64,000 bases of DNA from a bacterium (GTDB taxonomy: Bacteria; UBP6; UBA1177): positions 13,190 through 77,189 of the forward strand of contig JAGCUA010000039.1 of NCBI GenBank assembly GCA_017963125.1. The letters are read 5' to 3'. The position numbers and the translations under genes are program-made. Positions 27,440 to 36,964 of this stretch are shown here, one piece after another. How positions within the stretch are numbered: position 1 is the first letter of the stretch; every line of letters begins with the position of its first letter. The notes under the pieces are model-generated. The model did no database searches, was not told the origin of the DNA, and worked only from the letters and a program-made list of their open reading frames with translations.

Positions 27440-30400
27440 ATGGTCAGAAAATCGTTGGTTTTGGTATTCACGCTTTTTGTTTCGCTCTCTATTTTTGCAG
27501 CTGATCCTAAAATGGCGGTTGCTCCCGCAGCAGGAGAAGACGATGCTGCAGAAATGGCTAAAAATCTTTCGAAAGAGTTCAAGATCCTTTACAAAACCGT
27601 GAAGGGTGCAAAACTTTCCGATGTCGAAGCGGCTTCAGCCGGCAAGTTCAAAAAATGCGGCACAAAGCTGAAATGCGCGAAAGACGAGGCTAAGAAAGTC
27701 AAAAAATCGCAGTATGTTCTTTTCCCGGTTGTTAAAGTGACTGACGAAGGATTTTCCGCGATCCTCTACATCCTTGATGCGAAGAGCGGCAAGCTTGCCA
27801 AGAAACAGAATGTTGATGTCAGCAGTGATACCGATGCCGAAGATTTCGCTTCGGAAGTTGCAGGAAAACTTATGGATGCCATCGCAAAACTTTCGGAAGG
27901 AAGTGAAGAGGGCGGCGACGATGAAGAAGATGCTGCTCCGCAGAAGGAAGAGGCTCCTCAGATGACCGAAAGAGAGAAAAAGGAAGTTCTCCGTTCAGCA
28001 TTCAAATCATACAAGGCAGGCAAAGGCAAAGAGGCTTCATCCCTTTTCAGAAAGGCTGAGAACACAGCTCTTGCAGACTCGGTAGACGAGATCCTCCAGG
28101 CTATCGACGATGCAAAATCAATGACCAAAAACGGCGATGCATCGAGAGCTGTCGAGACTGTGAACAAGATCGAAAAGAAGGATCTCGATATCAGGGAAAA
28201 AGGCTACAAAGAGCTCCAGTTCGTAAAGGAAACCAACAAGAAACGCCGCTATAACGAGCCTTCGAGCGACGATTACGCAAAGGCGAGAAGAACTTTCAAG
28301 AGCGTCAAGAAAGAGATGAAGACTATCTCCGTATGGCGTGACGGCGAAATGAAAAAACTCGAAGATTCCATGGCAGGAAAACTCGACGAGCAGACAAAAC
28401 TCAACGAAAAGTTCGAACAGGACGAGAAAAAACAGGCAAAAGCTGAGAAAAAACAGGAGCGCGAACATCAGAAAAAGCTCGAAACTCTCAGGGAAAACGT
28501 CGAGAATATGGACGCGATATACCGCGACAAACTCAAAAAGACCGACAGAGAGATCGAAAAGCTGAACAAACAGCTTGAAGACGACAGACCGGCCGAAGAG
28601 ATCTACAAAAAAGAGATCGAAGAAGAGATCGCTGCTATAGAAAGCAAATACAAACAAGGCAACAAAGATCTCAAAAAACAGCTCATTCAGGCTAAAAAAC
28701 AGGCTAAGGCCGATACCGAAGCAGCTGAAAAAGAGTATAACGACAAGATCCAGGATCTCGAGAAATCGAATTCCGACCTTGACAAAAAGATCAAGAAACT
28801 TTCCGAAGAAGTAGAAAGACTCGAAAGCGATTTCGAAGCTGCCGAGCAGAAGGAATCGGAAAAGCTGGACAAGAGCATAGCAGCAGCTGAAGAACAGGAT
28901 TCGAAAGACCTCGAAGCAGCTGAGAAAAAGGCTGACGAAGAGACCGAAAACCTCAATAAACAGCTTGAGGATTACGACAAGAAAATCGCTTCCTACACCG
29001 AAAAGTTCGACAAAATCGACGGCGAAATAAGCGATTTCAACGACAAACAGGAAGAAAAACTGAGCAAGAATCAGGAAAAGTTCGACAAAAAACGTGAAGA
29101 TGCAGAGCGCAAGTTCGAATCTGAAAGAAGCGCTGCCGAGGAAAAGGCGGAGCAGGCTTACAGCAAGGAACAGGCTGCACGCGCGAAAAAGGTCGAAACT
29201 CTTGAATCCCAGATGTTCGAGATCCAGGATAAAGTCGAAAAATACGAAAAGGATCCGAAGTGGCAGAAACTTAAAAAAGATTCCGCTGCAGCTTCCAAAG
29301 ATCTCGCAAAATTTGAAGACGGTCACGACAAATTCATCGAAAAAGAGACCGCTGCGGCTTCCAAAAACTACAAAGCCGAGCAGGCTAAGATAGATGCTGA
29401 CCAGAAAAGCAGCGATGCCGAAATCAAAAAAGAAACTGCCGCTTTCAAAACTAAAAAAGATGCGGAAAAGAAGGCGATCGCCGCTGACATGAAGAAGGCT
29501 GAACAGGAAAAAGCCGCTTTTGAAAAGGACATCAAGAAGAAACAGGCTACTATAAACGCCAACAAGAGCAGAAAGATCAAAGAGATCGAGGGCCGTGCTG
29601 CAAAACGCGACGCGGAAAGAAACGCTAAGGCTAAACAGAGAAAGGCTCAGTTCGACAAAACTTCCGCAGAGAAGAGAAAACAGCTTGCAGCTCTTGAAAA
29701 ACAGCGTGAAACTGCTGATGCCAACGCTGAAAAGACGAGAGACGCTCTTGCTCAGCAGCTTGAAAACAAAAAGGCCGCAGCAGAAAAGAAGGTGAATGAC
29801 CTCGAAGTCGCTGTCGAGCAGAAGAAAGACGCAAGCGAAAACGCGATAGAAAAAGAGAAACAGGCGGTCTATGCGAAATACGAGAAAAAGGCCGAGACCG
29901 ACAAAAAAGCGATAAACGGCAAGATCGCACAGCTTGAAAGCAGCTCGAAGAAAATGATTGCCGACAGAGGAAAAGACGAAGCAAAACTCCGCGCGGAACT
30001 TGAAGCTGCCGAAAAGAAGACCGACACGATGAAAGACGACTGGGAAAAGGCTGCCGCAAAGAGAAAAGCTGCGCATGAGGCTAACCTCAAGGCTGCCGAA
30101 AAACGTGAAGCTGCCGCAAAAGCTAAATACGAACAGTCGAAGAACAACATTGAAAAGCAGTATAAGGCAAAAGTTGACGCTCTTATAAAAGAAAAATCAA
30201 TTTCTTTCGCAGGCGGAAGCGAGTTCAAGGAAGAGAGAGACAGAAACTTCGAATACAGTGCTTACACGAAACAGCTCGATTCGATCAAGGCCGACGCTCT
30301 TTCGGCTCAGGGAATGGAACAGCTGAAAGATGAAAACATCGCAGAGGCAAGAAAATACTTCTACGAGGCTCTTTATGCTGATGCAAACAGCAAATCGGCT

Positions 30401-30601
30401 CAGAACGGTCTCAAGGAGATCGAAAAGACTGCGGCTGCAATGTATGACAGAGCTTATGCTGATATGCAGTCGGGCGACGTAAGCGCGGCAAAGAAAGTCC
30501 TCATCAAACTCAGAAAGGAACTCAGCCCGAAGAGCGCTTACTATCTCAGAGTTCTCGCCCTCATTGAAGACTCGAAGGAAGGCGGAGATTCCGAGGAATA
30601 G
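27440..30601 (+). CDS. Secreted giant coiled-coil protein (K/E/A-rich) with small N-terminal globular domain and TPR-like C-terminus
   Basis: Signal peptide MVRKSLVLVFTLFVSLSIFAADP. About 120-aa mixed domain. About 800 aa of heptad-like K/E/A/Q sequence. C-terminal AEARKYFYEALYADANSKSAQNGLKEIEK. Confidence 0.6.
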   Translation: MVRKSLVLVFTLFVSLSIFAADPKMAVAPAAGEDDAAEMAKNLSKEFKILYKTVKGAKLSDVEAASAGKFKKCGTKLKCAKDEAKKVKKSQYVLFPVVKVTDEGFSAILYILDAKSGKLAKKQNVDVSSDTDAEDFASEVAGKLMDAIAKLSEGSEEGGDDEEDAAPQKEEAPQMTEREKKEVLRSAFKSYKAGKGKEASSLFRKAENTALADSVDEILQAIDDAKSMTKNGDASRAVETVNKIEKKDLDIREKGYKELQFVKETNKKRRYNEPSSDDYAKARRTFKSVKKEMKTISVWRDGEMKKLEDSMAGKLDEQTKLNEKFEQDEKKQAKAEKKQEREHQKKLETLRENVENMDAIYRDKLKKTDREIEKLNKQLEDDRPAEEIYKKEIEEEIAAIESKYKQGNKDLKKQLIQAKKQAKADTEAAEKEYNDKIQDLEKSNSDLDKKIKKLSEEVERLESDFEAAEQKESEKLDKSIAAAEEQDSKDLEAAEKKADEETENLNKQLEDYDKKIASYTEKFDKIDGEISDFNDKQEEKLSKNQEKFDKKREDAERKFESERSAAEEKAEQAYSKEQAARAKKVETLESQMFEIQDKVEKYEKDPKWQKLKKDSAAASKDLAKFEDGHDKFIEKETAAASKNYKAEQAKIDADQKSSDAEIKKETAAFKTKKDAEKKAIAADMKKAEQEKAAFEKDIKKKQATINANKSRKIKEIEGRAAKRDAERNAKAKQRKAQFDKTSAEKRKQLAALEKQRETADANAEKTRDALAQQLENKKAAAEKKVNDLEVAVEQKKDASENAIEKEKQAVYAKYEKKAETDKKAINGKIAQLESSSKKMIADRGKDEAKLRAELEAAEKKTDTMKDDWEKAAAKRKAAHEANLKAAEKREAAAKAKYEQSKNNIEKQYKAKVDALIKEKSISFAGGSEFKEERDRNFEYSAYTKQLDSIKADALSAQGMEQLKDENIAEARKYFYEALYADANSKSAQNGLKEIEKTAAAMYDRAYADMQSGDVSAAKKVLIKLRKELSPKSAYYLRVLALIEDSKEGGDSEE

Positions 30602-30654
30602 TTCCATCGAAAATTTTCTTATAACTTTCACTTTTTAAAAAATCAGAGGTTTCA

Positions 30655-32514
30655 ATGACAGAAGAAAACAAAAACGAAAATTTTTCTGCCGGAAACGGCG
30701 TCTCGGCGAAAGTCCCACCGAAAAGACCGCTCACTTTGGAAGAGCAGTACGAGGAAGACGACCGCCGGTGGCTCAAGAATGTCTATCAGGGCGATGTCAA
30801 GCAGCTCACCGTCCGTGCAGTCGTCATGGGAATGATAATCGGCGGACTCATGAGTCTGACGAACCTTTACATCGGTCTCAAAACCGGCTGGGGTCTGGGT
30901 GTCACGATCACGGCATGCGTCCTTTCGTTCAGTATCTGGAAACTTCTGCGCGTGATTTTTCCCAAAATTTTCACGACCGACATGACGCTTCTCGAAAACA
31001 ATTCGATGAAGTCGACCGCTTCGAGCGCCGGCTACACGACAGGCGGAACGATGGTGAGCGCGATCGCGGCTTACATTCTGATCACCGGCGAGCATCTCAA
31101 CTTCTGGGTGCTTACTGCGTGGACTGTTTTCCTCGGAATTGCGGGCGTCGTCATGGCGATACCGATGAAAAAGCAGATGATAAACATGGAAAAACTTCCT
31201 TTCCCGTCGGGAACAGCGACAGCCGAGACTCTTAAAAGCCTTTATGCAGGCGAGGAAAGCAAAAAACAGACGCGCACTCTTCTCGGATTCGCCCTTGGCG
31301 GCGCGGTTTTGACGGTGATCCGCGATTTTTTCGAGTGGATAAAATACACCTACGCGGTTTTCGGCGAAAAACTTGCTGAATACACTGTTTCGATGGAAAC
31401 GAGCCTCATCATGGTCGCAGCAGGCGGCATCATGGGCTGGAGAACGGCGTGGAGCATCCTTTTCGGCGCGATCCTCAATTACATCGTTTTAGCTCCGTAT
31501 ATGTTCAAAATCGGCGCGATTACCGAGCTCGGCTACCGAGGAATAAGCAGCTGGAGTTTGTGGTTCGGCGCTTCCGTAATGGTTGCAGCGGGATTTACGT
31601 CGTTCCTCATGCAGTGGAAAGTTGCCCTTAAGGCTTTCGCATCGCTCAAAGATCTCTTTTCTCACAAAAAACGCGAGCTGACCGAAATCGAGAAAGTCGA
31701 AGTTCCGATGAGCTGGTTTTTCTGGGGGATCGTTGTCGGCGGAACGGGAATCGCCCTCATCATGCTTTTTGCGTTCGACATTCCGGTCTGGGTCTCGGTC
31801 CTTGCCGTCATCCTTTCGTTCTTCCTTTCGATAGTCGCATGCCGTGCAACAGGCGAAACCGATACGACTCCCGTCGGCGCGCTCGGTCAGGTAACTCAGG
31901 CGTTCTACGGAATGCTCCGTCCCGGCAGCAAAGTCACGACTCTTATGACCGCTTCGATCACTTCCGGTATAGCAGGATCTTCGGCTGACCTTCTCACCGA
32001 CCTCAAAACGGGATACATCCTCGGTGCGAACCCGCGCAAGATGTTTTTAGCGCAGTTCCTCGGCATTTTTGCGGGAACAGCTGTGATCGTTCCGGCGTTC
32101 TATCTCATCGTTCCGACTCCCGACGTTCTCGGAAGCGACTACTTCCCGGCTCCTGCTGCCCAGGTCTGGTCGAGAGTTGCTGACCTTCTTGCTCAGGGCT
32201 TTTCTACGCTGCATTCGACGGCGAAAATCGCGATGCTCATCGGCGTTGCTGTCGGTATAATCATCCCGCTGCTTGAAAAGTGGTTCCCGAAAGCGGCAAA
32301 ATATATCCCGTCTTCGATGGGAATCGGACTTTCGTTCGTCATTCCGTTCTGGAATTCACTTTCGATGTTTCTGGGCGCACTCATAGTTCTCGTCATCGAG
32401 CACAAAAAGAAATCGCTCGAAGAATACATCGTTCCGGCAGCTTCCGGCATAATCGCAGGAGAATCGCTCGCCGGAGTATTCATAATCCTGCTTTCGACTG
32501 TTTTCGGCGGGTAA
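30655..32514 (+). CDS. OPT-family oligopeptide transporter
   Basis: 619 aa with about 16 TM segments. QLTVRAVVMGMIIGGLMSLTNLYIGLKTGW N-terminal signature of bacterial OPT proteins. Confidence 0.85.
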   Translation: MTEENKNENFSAGNGVSAKVPPKRPLTLEEQYEEDDRRWLKNVYQGDVKQLTVRAVVMGMIIGGLMSLTNLYIGLKTGWGLGVTITACVLSFSIWKLLRVIFPKIFTTDMTLLENNSMKSTASSAGYTTGGTMVSAIAAYILITGEHLNFWVLTAWTVFLGIAGVVMAIPMKKQMINMEKLPFPSGTATAETLKSLYAGEESKKQTRTLLGFALGGAVLTVIRDFFEWIKYTYAVFGEKLAEYTVSMETSLIMVAAGGIMGWRTAWSILFGAILNYIVLAPYMFKIGAITELGYRGISSWSLWFGASVMVAAGFTSFLMQWKVALKAFASLKDLFSHKKRELTEIEKVEVPMSWFFWGIVVGGTGIALIMLFAFDIPVWVSVLAVILSFFLSIVACRATGETDTTPVGALGQVTQAFYGMLRPGSKVTTLMTASITSGIAGSSADLLTDLKTGYILGANPRKMFLAQFLGIFAGTAVIVPAFYLIVPTPDVLGSDYFPAPAAQVWSRVADLLAQGFSTLHSTAKIAMLIGVAVGIIIPLLEKWFPKAAKYIPSSMGIGLSFVIPFWNSLSMFLGALIVLVIEHKKKSLEEYIVPAASGIIAGESLAGVFIILLSTVFGG

Positions 32515-32566
32515 GTGACGCTTTTTATTGTTTTTTTACAATAAGATTGTTTTTTTGCTTTTTTAC

Positions 32567-32594
32567 TTGACAAAAAAAAAGGTACCCATAAAAT
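32567..32594 (+). promoter_or_regulatory. Sigma70-type promoter candidate with A9 tract in the spacer
   Basis: TTGACA (32567-32572), 16-nt spacer beginning AAAAAAAA, TAAAAT (32589-32594). About 70 nt upstream of the ATG at 32663. Confidence 0.4.
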
Positions 32595-32662
32595 TTTAGA
32601 CGGTTTTTTTACAACATGAATTTCGAGGGATTTTTTACTAACTTTTTTTTAGGAGATTTCAA

Positions 32663-33850
32663 ATGAAGAAATTCACAGCAATCCTTGTGGCGATCGTTCT
32701 CGCCCTCTTCGTTGTAAGCTGCGGTGGTGGTAGCAACAACGACAACACCGACACGGACACTGACACGGACACCGACACGGACACCGACACAGACACCGAC
32801 ACAGACACCGACACGGACACTGACACGGACACCGACACGGACACCGACACGGACACTGACACAGACACCGACACGGACACCGACGAAGGCTGCACACTTG
32901 ATGCATCCATCCTTAATTGGGACAACGAGCCTTACTTCGCATTCAAAGGCATCGGCAAAATCAACTCGGAAGACAATGACAATCCTTCCATGGCAAACCT
33001 TATTACCGCAACGCTTAAAGGTGTTGAGGGTAAAGACCTTGACTATTCGAACCAGTACTCCTTCTTCCTTGAAACAAGCCTTCAGGGAACGGATCAGTCC
33101 GGTGCAACCGTTGAGATTCCTGCAGTAGCAGTTGAAGCTCTCGGTGACCCGAACATGAGCAGCGGCCGTTTCACGACTGTAGCTTTCGCAGCAGTTCCGA
33201 TCCAGTACATCGACGCTCTTAAAGAAGCTGGTGTTGACGTATTCCCGTCAGCTCCGATCACTCAGATCATTGACCTTGCGTTCACCTCTGACAATGCTTA
33301 TGCAAAACAGTGCATGATCGCTGTCAACAAATATGCTGACAACGCAGATTTCGGCCAGGAAATGCCGGCTGGACAGTTCCAGGTTTGCTACGACAAGAAC
33401 GAAACGTTCGCAGTAGGCGAAACCTTCAAACTTGCAATGGTTGCTGAACTTGCAATGGGTCAGGAAATCGTTGATATGTATACCGATGTTGACACCATCG
33501 ATGATCTTTGCACCTGCTTCGATATGAACTCGACAGCTGCTGACTCAAGAGTTGACTGCGCAACGATCGACGAATTCAATAATCCGACCGAACCGACCGA
33601 ACCGACCGAACCGACGACCGAGCCGACCACAGAGCCGACCACAGAGCCGACCACAGAGCCGACCACAGAGCCGACCACAGAGCCGACAACTGAACCGACC
33701 ACAGAGCCGACGACCGAGCCGACAACAGAGCCGACCACAGAGCCGACAACTGAACCGACCACAGAGCCGACCACTGAACCGACCACTGAACCGACCACAG
33801 AGCCGACAACTGAACCGACCACAGAGCCGACAACTGAGCCAACGGTTTAA
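32663..33850 (+). CDS. Surface lipoprotein with N-terminal (TD)23 and C-terminal TEPT tandem repeats
   Basis: Lipobox [15 protein letters not shown]. The central ~230-aa non-repetitive domain belongs to no recognised family. Confidence 0.7.
   Translation: MKKFTAILVAIVLALFVVSCGGGSNNDNTDTDTDTDTDTDTDTDTDTDTDTDTDTDTDTDTDTDTDTDTDTDTDEGCTLDASILNWDNEPYFAFKGIGKINSEDNDNPSMANLITATLKGVEGKDLDYSNQYSFFLETSLQGTDQSGATVEIPAVAVEALGDPNMSSGRFTTVAFAAVPIQYIDALKEAGVDVFPSAPITQIIDLAFTSDNAYAKQCMIAVNKYADNADFGQEMPAGQFQVCYDKNETFAVGETFKLAMVAELAMGQEIVDMYTDVDTIDDLCTCFDMNSTAADSRVDCATIDEFNNPTEPTEPTEPTTEPTTEPTTEPTTEPTTEPTTEPTTEPTTEPTTEPTTEPTTEPTTEPTTEPTTEPTTEPTTEPTTEPTTEPTTEPTV
32747..32884 (+). repeat. 23 x 6-bp in-frame tandem repeat (ACN GAC) encoding (Thr-Asp)23
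   Basis: Read directly from the sequence: 138 nt of ACC/ACG/ACA/ACT-GAC units. Confidence 0.95.
33584..33844 (+). repeat. In-frame tandem repeat: 3 x 9 bp (PTE) then about 20 x 12 bp (TEPT)
   Basis: Read directly from the sequence: CCGACCGAA x3, then ACC/ACA/ACT GAG/GAA CCG ACN units running to 2 codons before the stop. Confidence 0.95.
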
Positions 33851-33879
33851 TTGAGTCTATATTCGGTAGATTTTTTAGA

Positions 33880-33904
33880 GGGCGCTCCGGCGCCCTTTTT
33901 TTTT
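33880..33904 (+). terminator. Rho-independent terminator
   Basis: GGGCGC-TCCG-GCGCCC followed by T9. Confidence 0.8.
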
Positions 33905-33975
33905 GCCTTTAATTGCTTGATTTTTTTAAATTCGGTTTCTATACTGAAATATCGAACTTTGAAAGGTGAGAAAAA

Positions 33976-35598
33976 ATGGATAAAAGAAAAAAACTTGTAA
34001 AACTTTTTTACGAAATCAATGATTTTATAAGGCAGAATTCGCTCAATTCTGATCCCTATGCCTTTCTGCTGAACAAATTCTGGCTTTCGCTTCAGAACAA
34101 GCGGCCTGCGGCGAATACTTTAGTCGGGATAAGCAAGAGCGATTTTTCAGTTCTCAACAACGAGTTCTCCGACAGACTCGGGCGGGATTTTGTCCTTTCT
34201 CTTTCCATAACATCGATTCTTTCGCTTCCGACTGAAAAGGTGTTTGAACTGCAGAATGTAAAGGTGCAACCGAAACAGTCTGTGCTCGTTCTCGCTGATT
34301 CGATAATCCTGCCGTACGAAACCGAGAAAAAGATCCAGCTTTTCATCGGATATTCTTCCGAAAAGACCAAAGAATCGCCTTTCAAAAACATAGAGTACTA
34401 TCCTGTTTCGCGTGAAGCGGATCTTTCTGTTTCGATCCAGGCGACGCTGTTCGACTTTATGAACAACGACAACACGCAGCTGCGTCCGCAGAATTTTGAC
34501 GTCGTTATTGACGATGCCGTCAACTATTCTTTCCCGAGTGAAAGTCTGCTCAACACGCTTTCGGTTCTGATGAAATACGACTCTTCTTTTTATCTCATCG
34601 TGAAAAAGGTCTTTCTTTCTTCACCGCTCACCCGTAAGGACAAAAAAAGCCTTTATTCGCATTTCGAAGCGGAAGAGATCGACCGTTTTGCCGATTTCCT
34701 GCAGCTGAGATCGCTTAAAAAGGTCGAAGGGCGCGTTTATCCGCAGTCGCACAATGTCGTTATCCGTGATTTGACGAGCGGCAAAGTGCTCGAACTCGAC
34801 CGCGGCTGTCTTGATTTCAACCATCTTTACACTTTTAACGACGATGTCACTGCCGACCAGCTTGCCCTTGTCTCGAAAATAGAGGATCATGCCGGCGCAA
34901 CATGCGGGGATTATTTCAGATTTTTCCTTGGAATGTTCAGGAACGCCCCGATCGACGATATTGTTGAAACCCTTAGAAAAAATGCGGGATACCGGCCGCT
35001 TGTCACGTCGAAGGAGATACTTCCTTTCAGAGATTTCAGGGTCAAAAAATATATTTATCCCGACCCGCAGGCATTCTTCCAGATCCCGCCCGAAAGCAGT
35101 TTTGAAAGCAAAAAACTGCTTATGCGCTATCTTTCGGTCAAGCCGGTTTTTGCCTACGACGAAGAGGGACTTTACTTTATGAACGATGTTGCCGCTGTCG
35201 TTCCGCGCACGCCGGATATCGACCTCTATTTTGCCGAAGGTTATCTCAATTCAAAACTTGTCGAGTTCTTTTATAAAATAAAATTCCCGCATCACAACAA
35301 GTTTTTGAAGAAAAATTTCAATAAGATCCCGTTTGTTCTCTGCGGAAAGAATATCCAGAATATAATTGCGAATGAAGTGCGTTCGATCCGCAGAATTTAT
35401 CACTCGATGGTTCTTACGGGAGACCGCGAAGCCCTGCAGAAGGAGCTCGACGCTATTATGGAAAGGCTTGACGGCTTCGTCTATCAGCTTTTCAAACTTT
35501 CGCTGGACGAGATCAATATTATTGAAAGATATGTTTGCGAGAATTCCGATTCTCAGGAGACGGATGATGAAAAACAAATGGAAAATACTGATCGTTGA
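33976..35598 (+). CDS. Hypothetical protein resembling an Eco57I-type N6-adenine methyltransferase with TaqI-like C-terminal specificity domain, but with degenerate catalytic motifs
   Basis: FDVVIDDAVNYSF sits where FDxVIGNPPY is expected. The C-terminal half has CGDYFRFFLG, a RDFRVKKYIYP segment, MNDVAAVVPR, YLNSKLVEFFYK, FNKIPF and a VYQLFKLSLDEINIIE tail. Assignment is from memory of the family pattern only. Confidence 0.5.
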   Translation: MDKRKKLVKLFYEINDFIRQNSLNSDPYAFLLNKFWLSLQNKRPAANTLVGISKSDFSVLNNEFSDRLGRDFVLSLSITSILSLPTEKVFELQNVKVQPKQSVLVLADSIILPYETEKKIQLFIGYSSEKTKESPFKNIEYYPVSREADLSVSIQATLFDFMNNDNTQLRPQNFDVVIDDAVNYSFPSESLLNTLSVLMKYDSSFYLIVKKVFLSSPLTRKDKKSLYSHFEAEEIDRFADFLQLRSLKKVEGRVYPQSHNVVIRDLTSGKVLELDRGCLDFNHLYTFNDDVTADQLALVSKIEDHAGATCGDYFRFFLGMFRNAPIDDIVETLRKNAGYRPLVTSKEILPFRDFRVKKYIYPDPQAFFQIPPESSFESKKLLMRYLSVKPVFAYDEEGLYFMNDVAAVVPRTPDIDLYFAEGYLNSKLVEFFYKIKFPHHNKFLKKNFNKIPFVLCGKNIQNIIANEVRSIRRIYHSMVLTGDREALQKELDAIMERLDGFVYQLFKLSLDEINIIERYVCENSDSQETDDEKQMENTDR

Positions 35599-36964
35599 CG
35601 ATGATCTTTCGATTCTGCGGAGCTATCAGAAGTATCTCGAATCGGAAGGTTACACGGTCTTTACCGCCGACGACGGAAGAAACGGCTATATTGCGATAGA
35701 ACATGAGCATCCCGATCTGGTTCTTCTCGACATAAACATGCCTGTGAAAACAGGATTGGAACTTCTTGAAGATCTTAACCGTACATTTAACAAAAAAGAT
35801 ATCCCGCTTATTGTTATGCTGACAGCTTTCGGTGATCTTGATGCAGCTGTAAAGGCAATGAATTTAGGTGCTTACGAGTTTCTTACGAAGCCTGTCCCGC
35901 TTGAAAAGCTGCGTTCGACTGTCGAATGCGCACTTGAAACTCTGACTTTGAAGGAGCGGGTAGCGTACTTTATCGAGCCGGACAACACTCCGTTCAAAGA
36001 TACGATAATCGGCAGGGATCCGCTCATGGTCGATATTTACAAGACTATCGGTACTCTGAAAGGGAACAAGGCGACGATCCTTGTTACGGGCGAAAGCGGA
36101 ACCGGAAAGGAGATGGTTGCGAAAGCTATTCACGAAAATACTGTGCCTGACGAGCCCTGTATTGCGATAAACTGCGCCGCTGTGCCTGAAAATCTGATCG
36201 AAAGCGAGCTCATGGGATATGTCAAAGGTGCTTTTACCGGCGCGAACGCAAACCGTGAGGGCAAACTTGAAGCGGTCAGGGGCGGAACGCTCGTTCTCGA
36301 CGAAATTTCTGAAATGCCCTACGAATTTCAGACTAAACTTCTGCGAGTCATTCAGGAAAAGGATTTCTATCCTATCGGAGCGACCGAAAAAAAGCGCTTT
36401 AACGGCAGGATTGTCGCTTTGACGAACAAAAATCTGAAGGAACTTGTCGAAAAAGGGAAGTTCAGAGAGGATCTTTTCTACCGTCTCAACGTCATCACGA
36501 TCTCCGTACCGCCTCTTAGAGATCACTTGAACGACCTCGAAATGCTTATCCTGCACTTCATAAAAAAGGCCAATTTTATAAATCACACTTCGATCCAGAG
36601 CATAACCAAAGAGGCTGTCGATTACCTCAGGTCGCACACCTGGCCGGGAAATATCCGCGAGCTCGAAAACACGATCCAGCGCGCTTCGATAAAGGCTAAG
36701 GACAAGATCCTCACACGCGACAGCTTTTCATTCCTCATAGCCGAGAAAAAAGAACAGACTGATGCGAAAGTAAAGCCGGCTGGCTCGGATGAGTTTCCTT
36801 TTCCGGAAAAGCTGATGCCTCTGCGCGATGTCGAAAGGAATTACATAGAATATGTTCTCAAACAGACTAACTGGCATAAAGGTAAGACTGCGGAATTGTT
36901 GGGAATAACAAGACCAACGCTTGACAAGAGGATCGAAGAGTTCGGTTTGCACAAAGATGTCTGA
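35564..36964 (+). CDS. Sigma54-dependent response regulator (NtrC family: REC, AAA+, Fis-type HTH)
   Basis: ILIVDDD...[12 protein letters not shown] domain. GESGTGKE Walker A. GAFTGA sigma54 contact loop. LVLDEI. RELEN. C-terminal [23 protein letters not shown]. The ATG at 35564 overlaps the upstream gene by 35 nt. Confidence 0.9.
   Translation: MMKNKWKILIVDDDLSILRSYQKYLESEGYTVFTADDGRNGYIAIEHEHPDLVLLDINMPVKTGLELLEDLNRTFNKKDIPLIVMLTAFGDLDAAVKAMNLGAYEFLTKPVPLEKLRSTVECALETLTLKERVAYFIEPDNTPFKDTIIGRDPLMVDIYKTIGTLKGNKATILVTGESGTGKEMVAKAIHENTVPDEPCIAINCAAVPENLIESELMGYVKGAFTGANANREGKLEAVRGGTLVLDEISEMPYEFQTKLLRVIQEKDFYPIGATEKKRFNGRIVALTNKNLKELVEKGKFREDLFYRLNVITISVPPLRDHLNDLEMLILHFIKKANFINHTSIQSITKEAVDYLRSHTWPGNIRELENTIQRASIKAKDKILTRDSFSFLIAEKKEQTDAKVKPAGSDEFPFPEKLMPLRDVERNYIEYVLKQTNWHKGKTAELLGITRPTLDKRIEEFGLHKDV

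Noticed and set aside
28118-30076. 652-aa ORF on the minus strand, with 29631..30059 and other smaller ORFs in the same region.
   Set aside because: It is antisense to the coiled-coil gene. The translation is F/L/S-rich low complexity, produced by reading GAA/AAG/GCT-rich codons backwards. There is no RBS and no start context, so it is a shadow ORF.
32659-32925. (SV)n and (CxC/PCR)n ORFs over the TD repeat, and (VGSV)n / (SALW)n ORFs at 33460..33842 over the TEPT repeat.
   Set aside because: These are alternative-frame or antisense readings of the tandem repeats. The plus-strand frame has a lipobox, an RBS and a terminator.
32747-33844. Could the short tandem repeats be a CRISPR array?
   Set aside because: The units are 6-12 bp, contiguous with no spacers, in-frame inside a lipoprotein gene, and no cas genes are present.
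33903-33918. TTGCCTTTAATTGCTT upstream of the sigma54-activator operon, as a possible sigma54 (-24/-12) promoter.
   Set aside because: The -12-like TTGC is present, but the obligatory GG of the -24 element (TGGCAC) is missing at the right spacing. I found no convincing TGGCAC-N5-TTGC anywhere in the intergenic regions.
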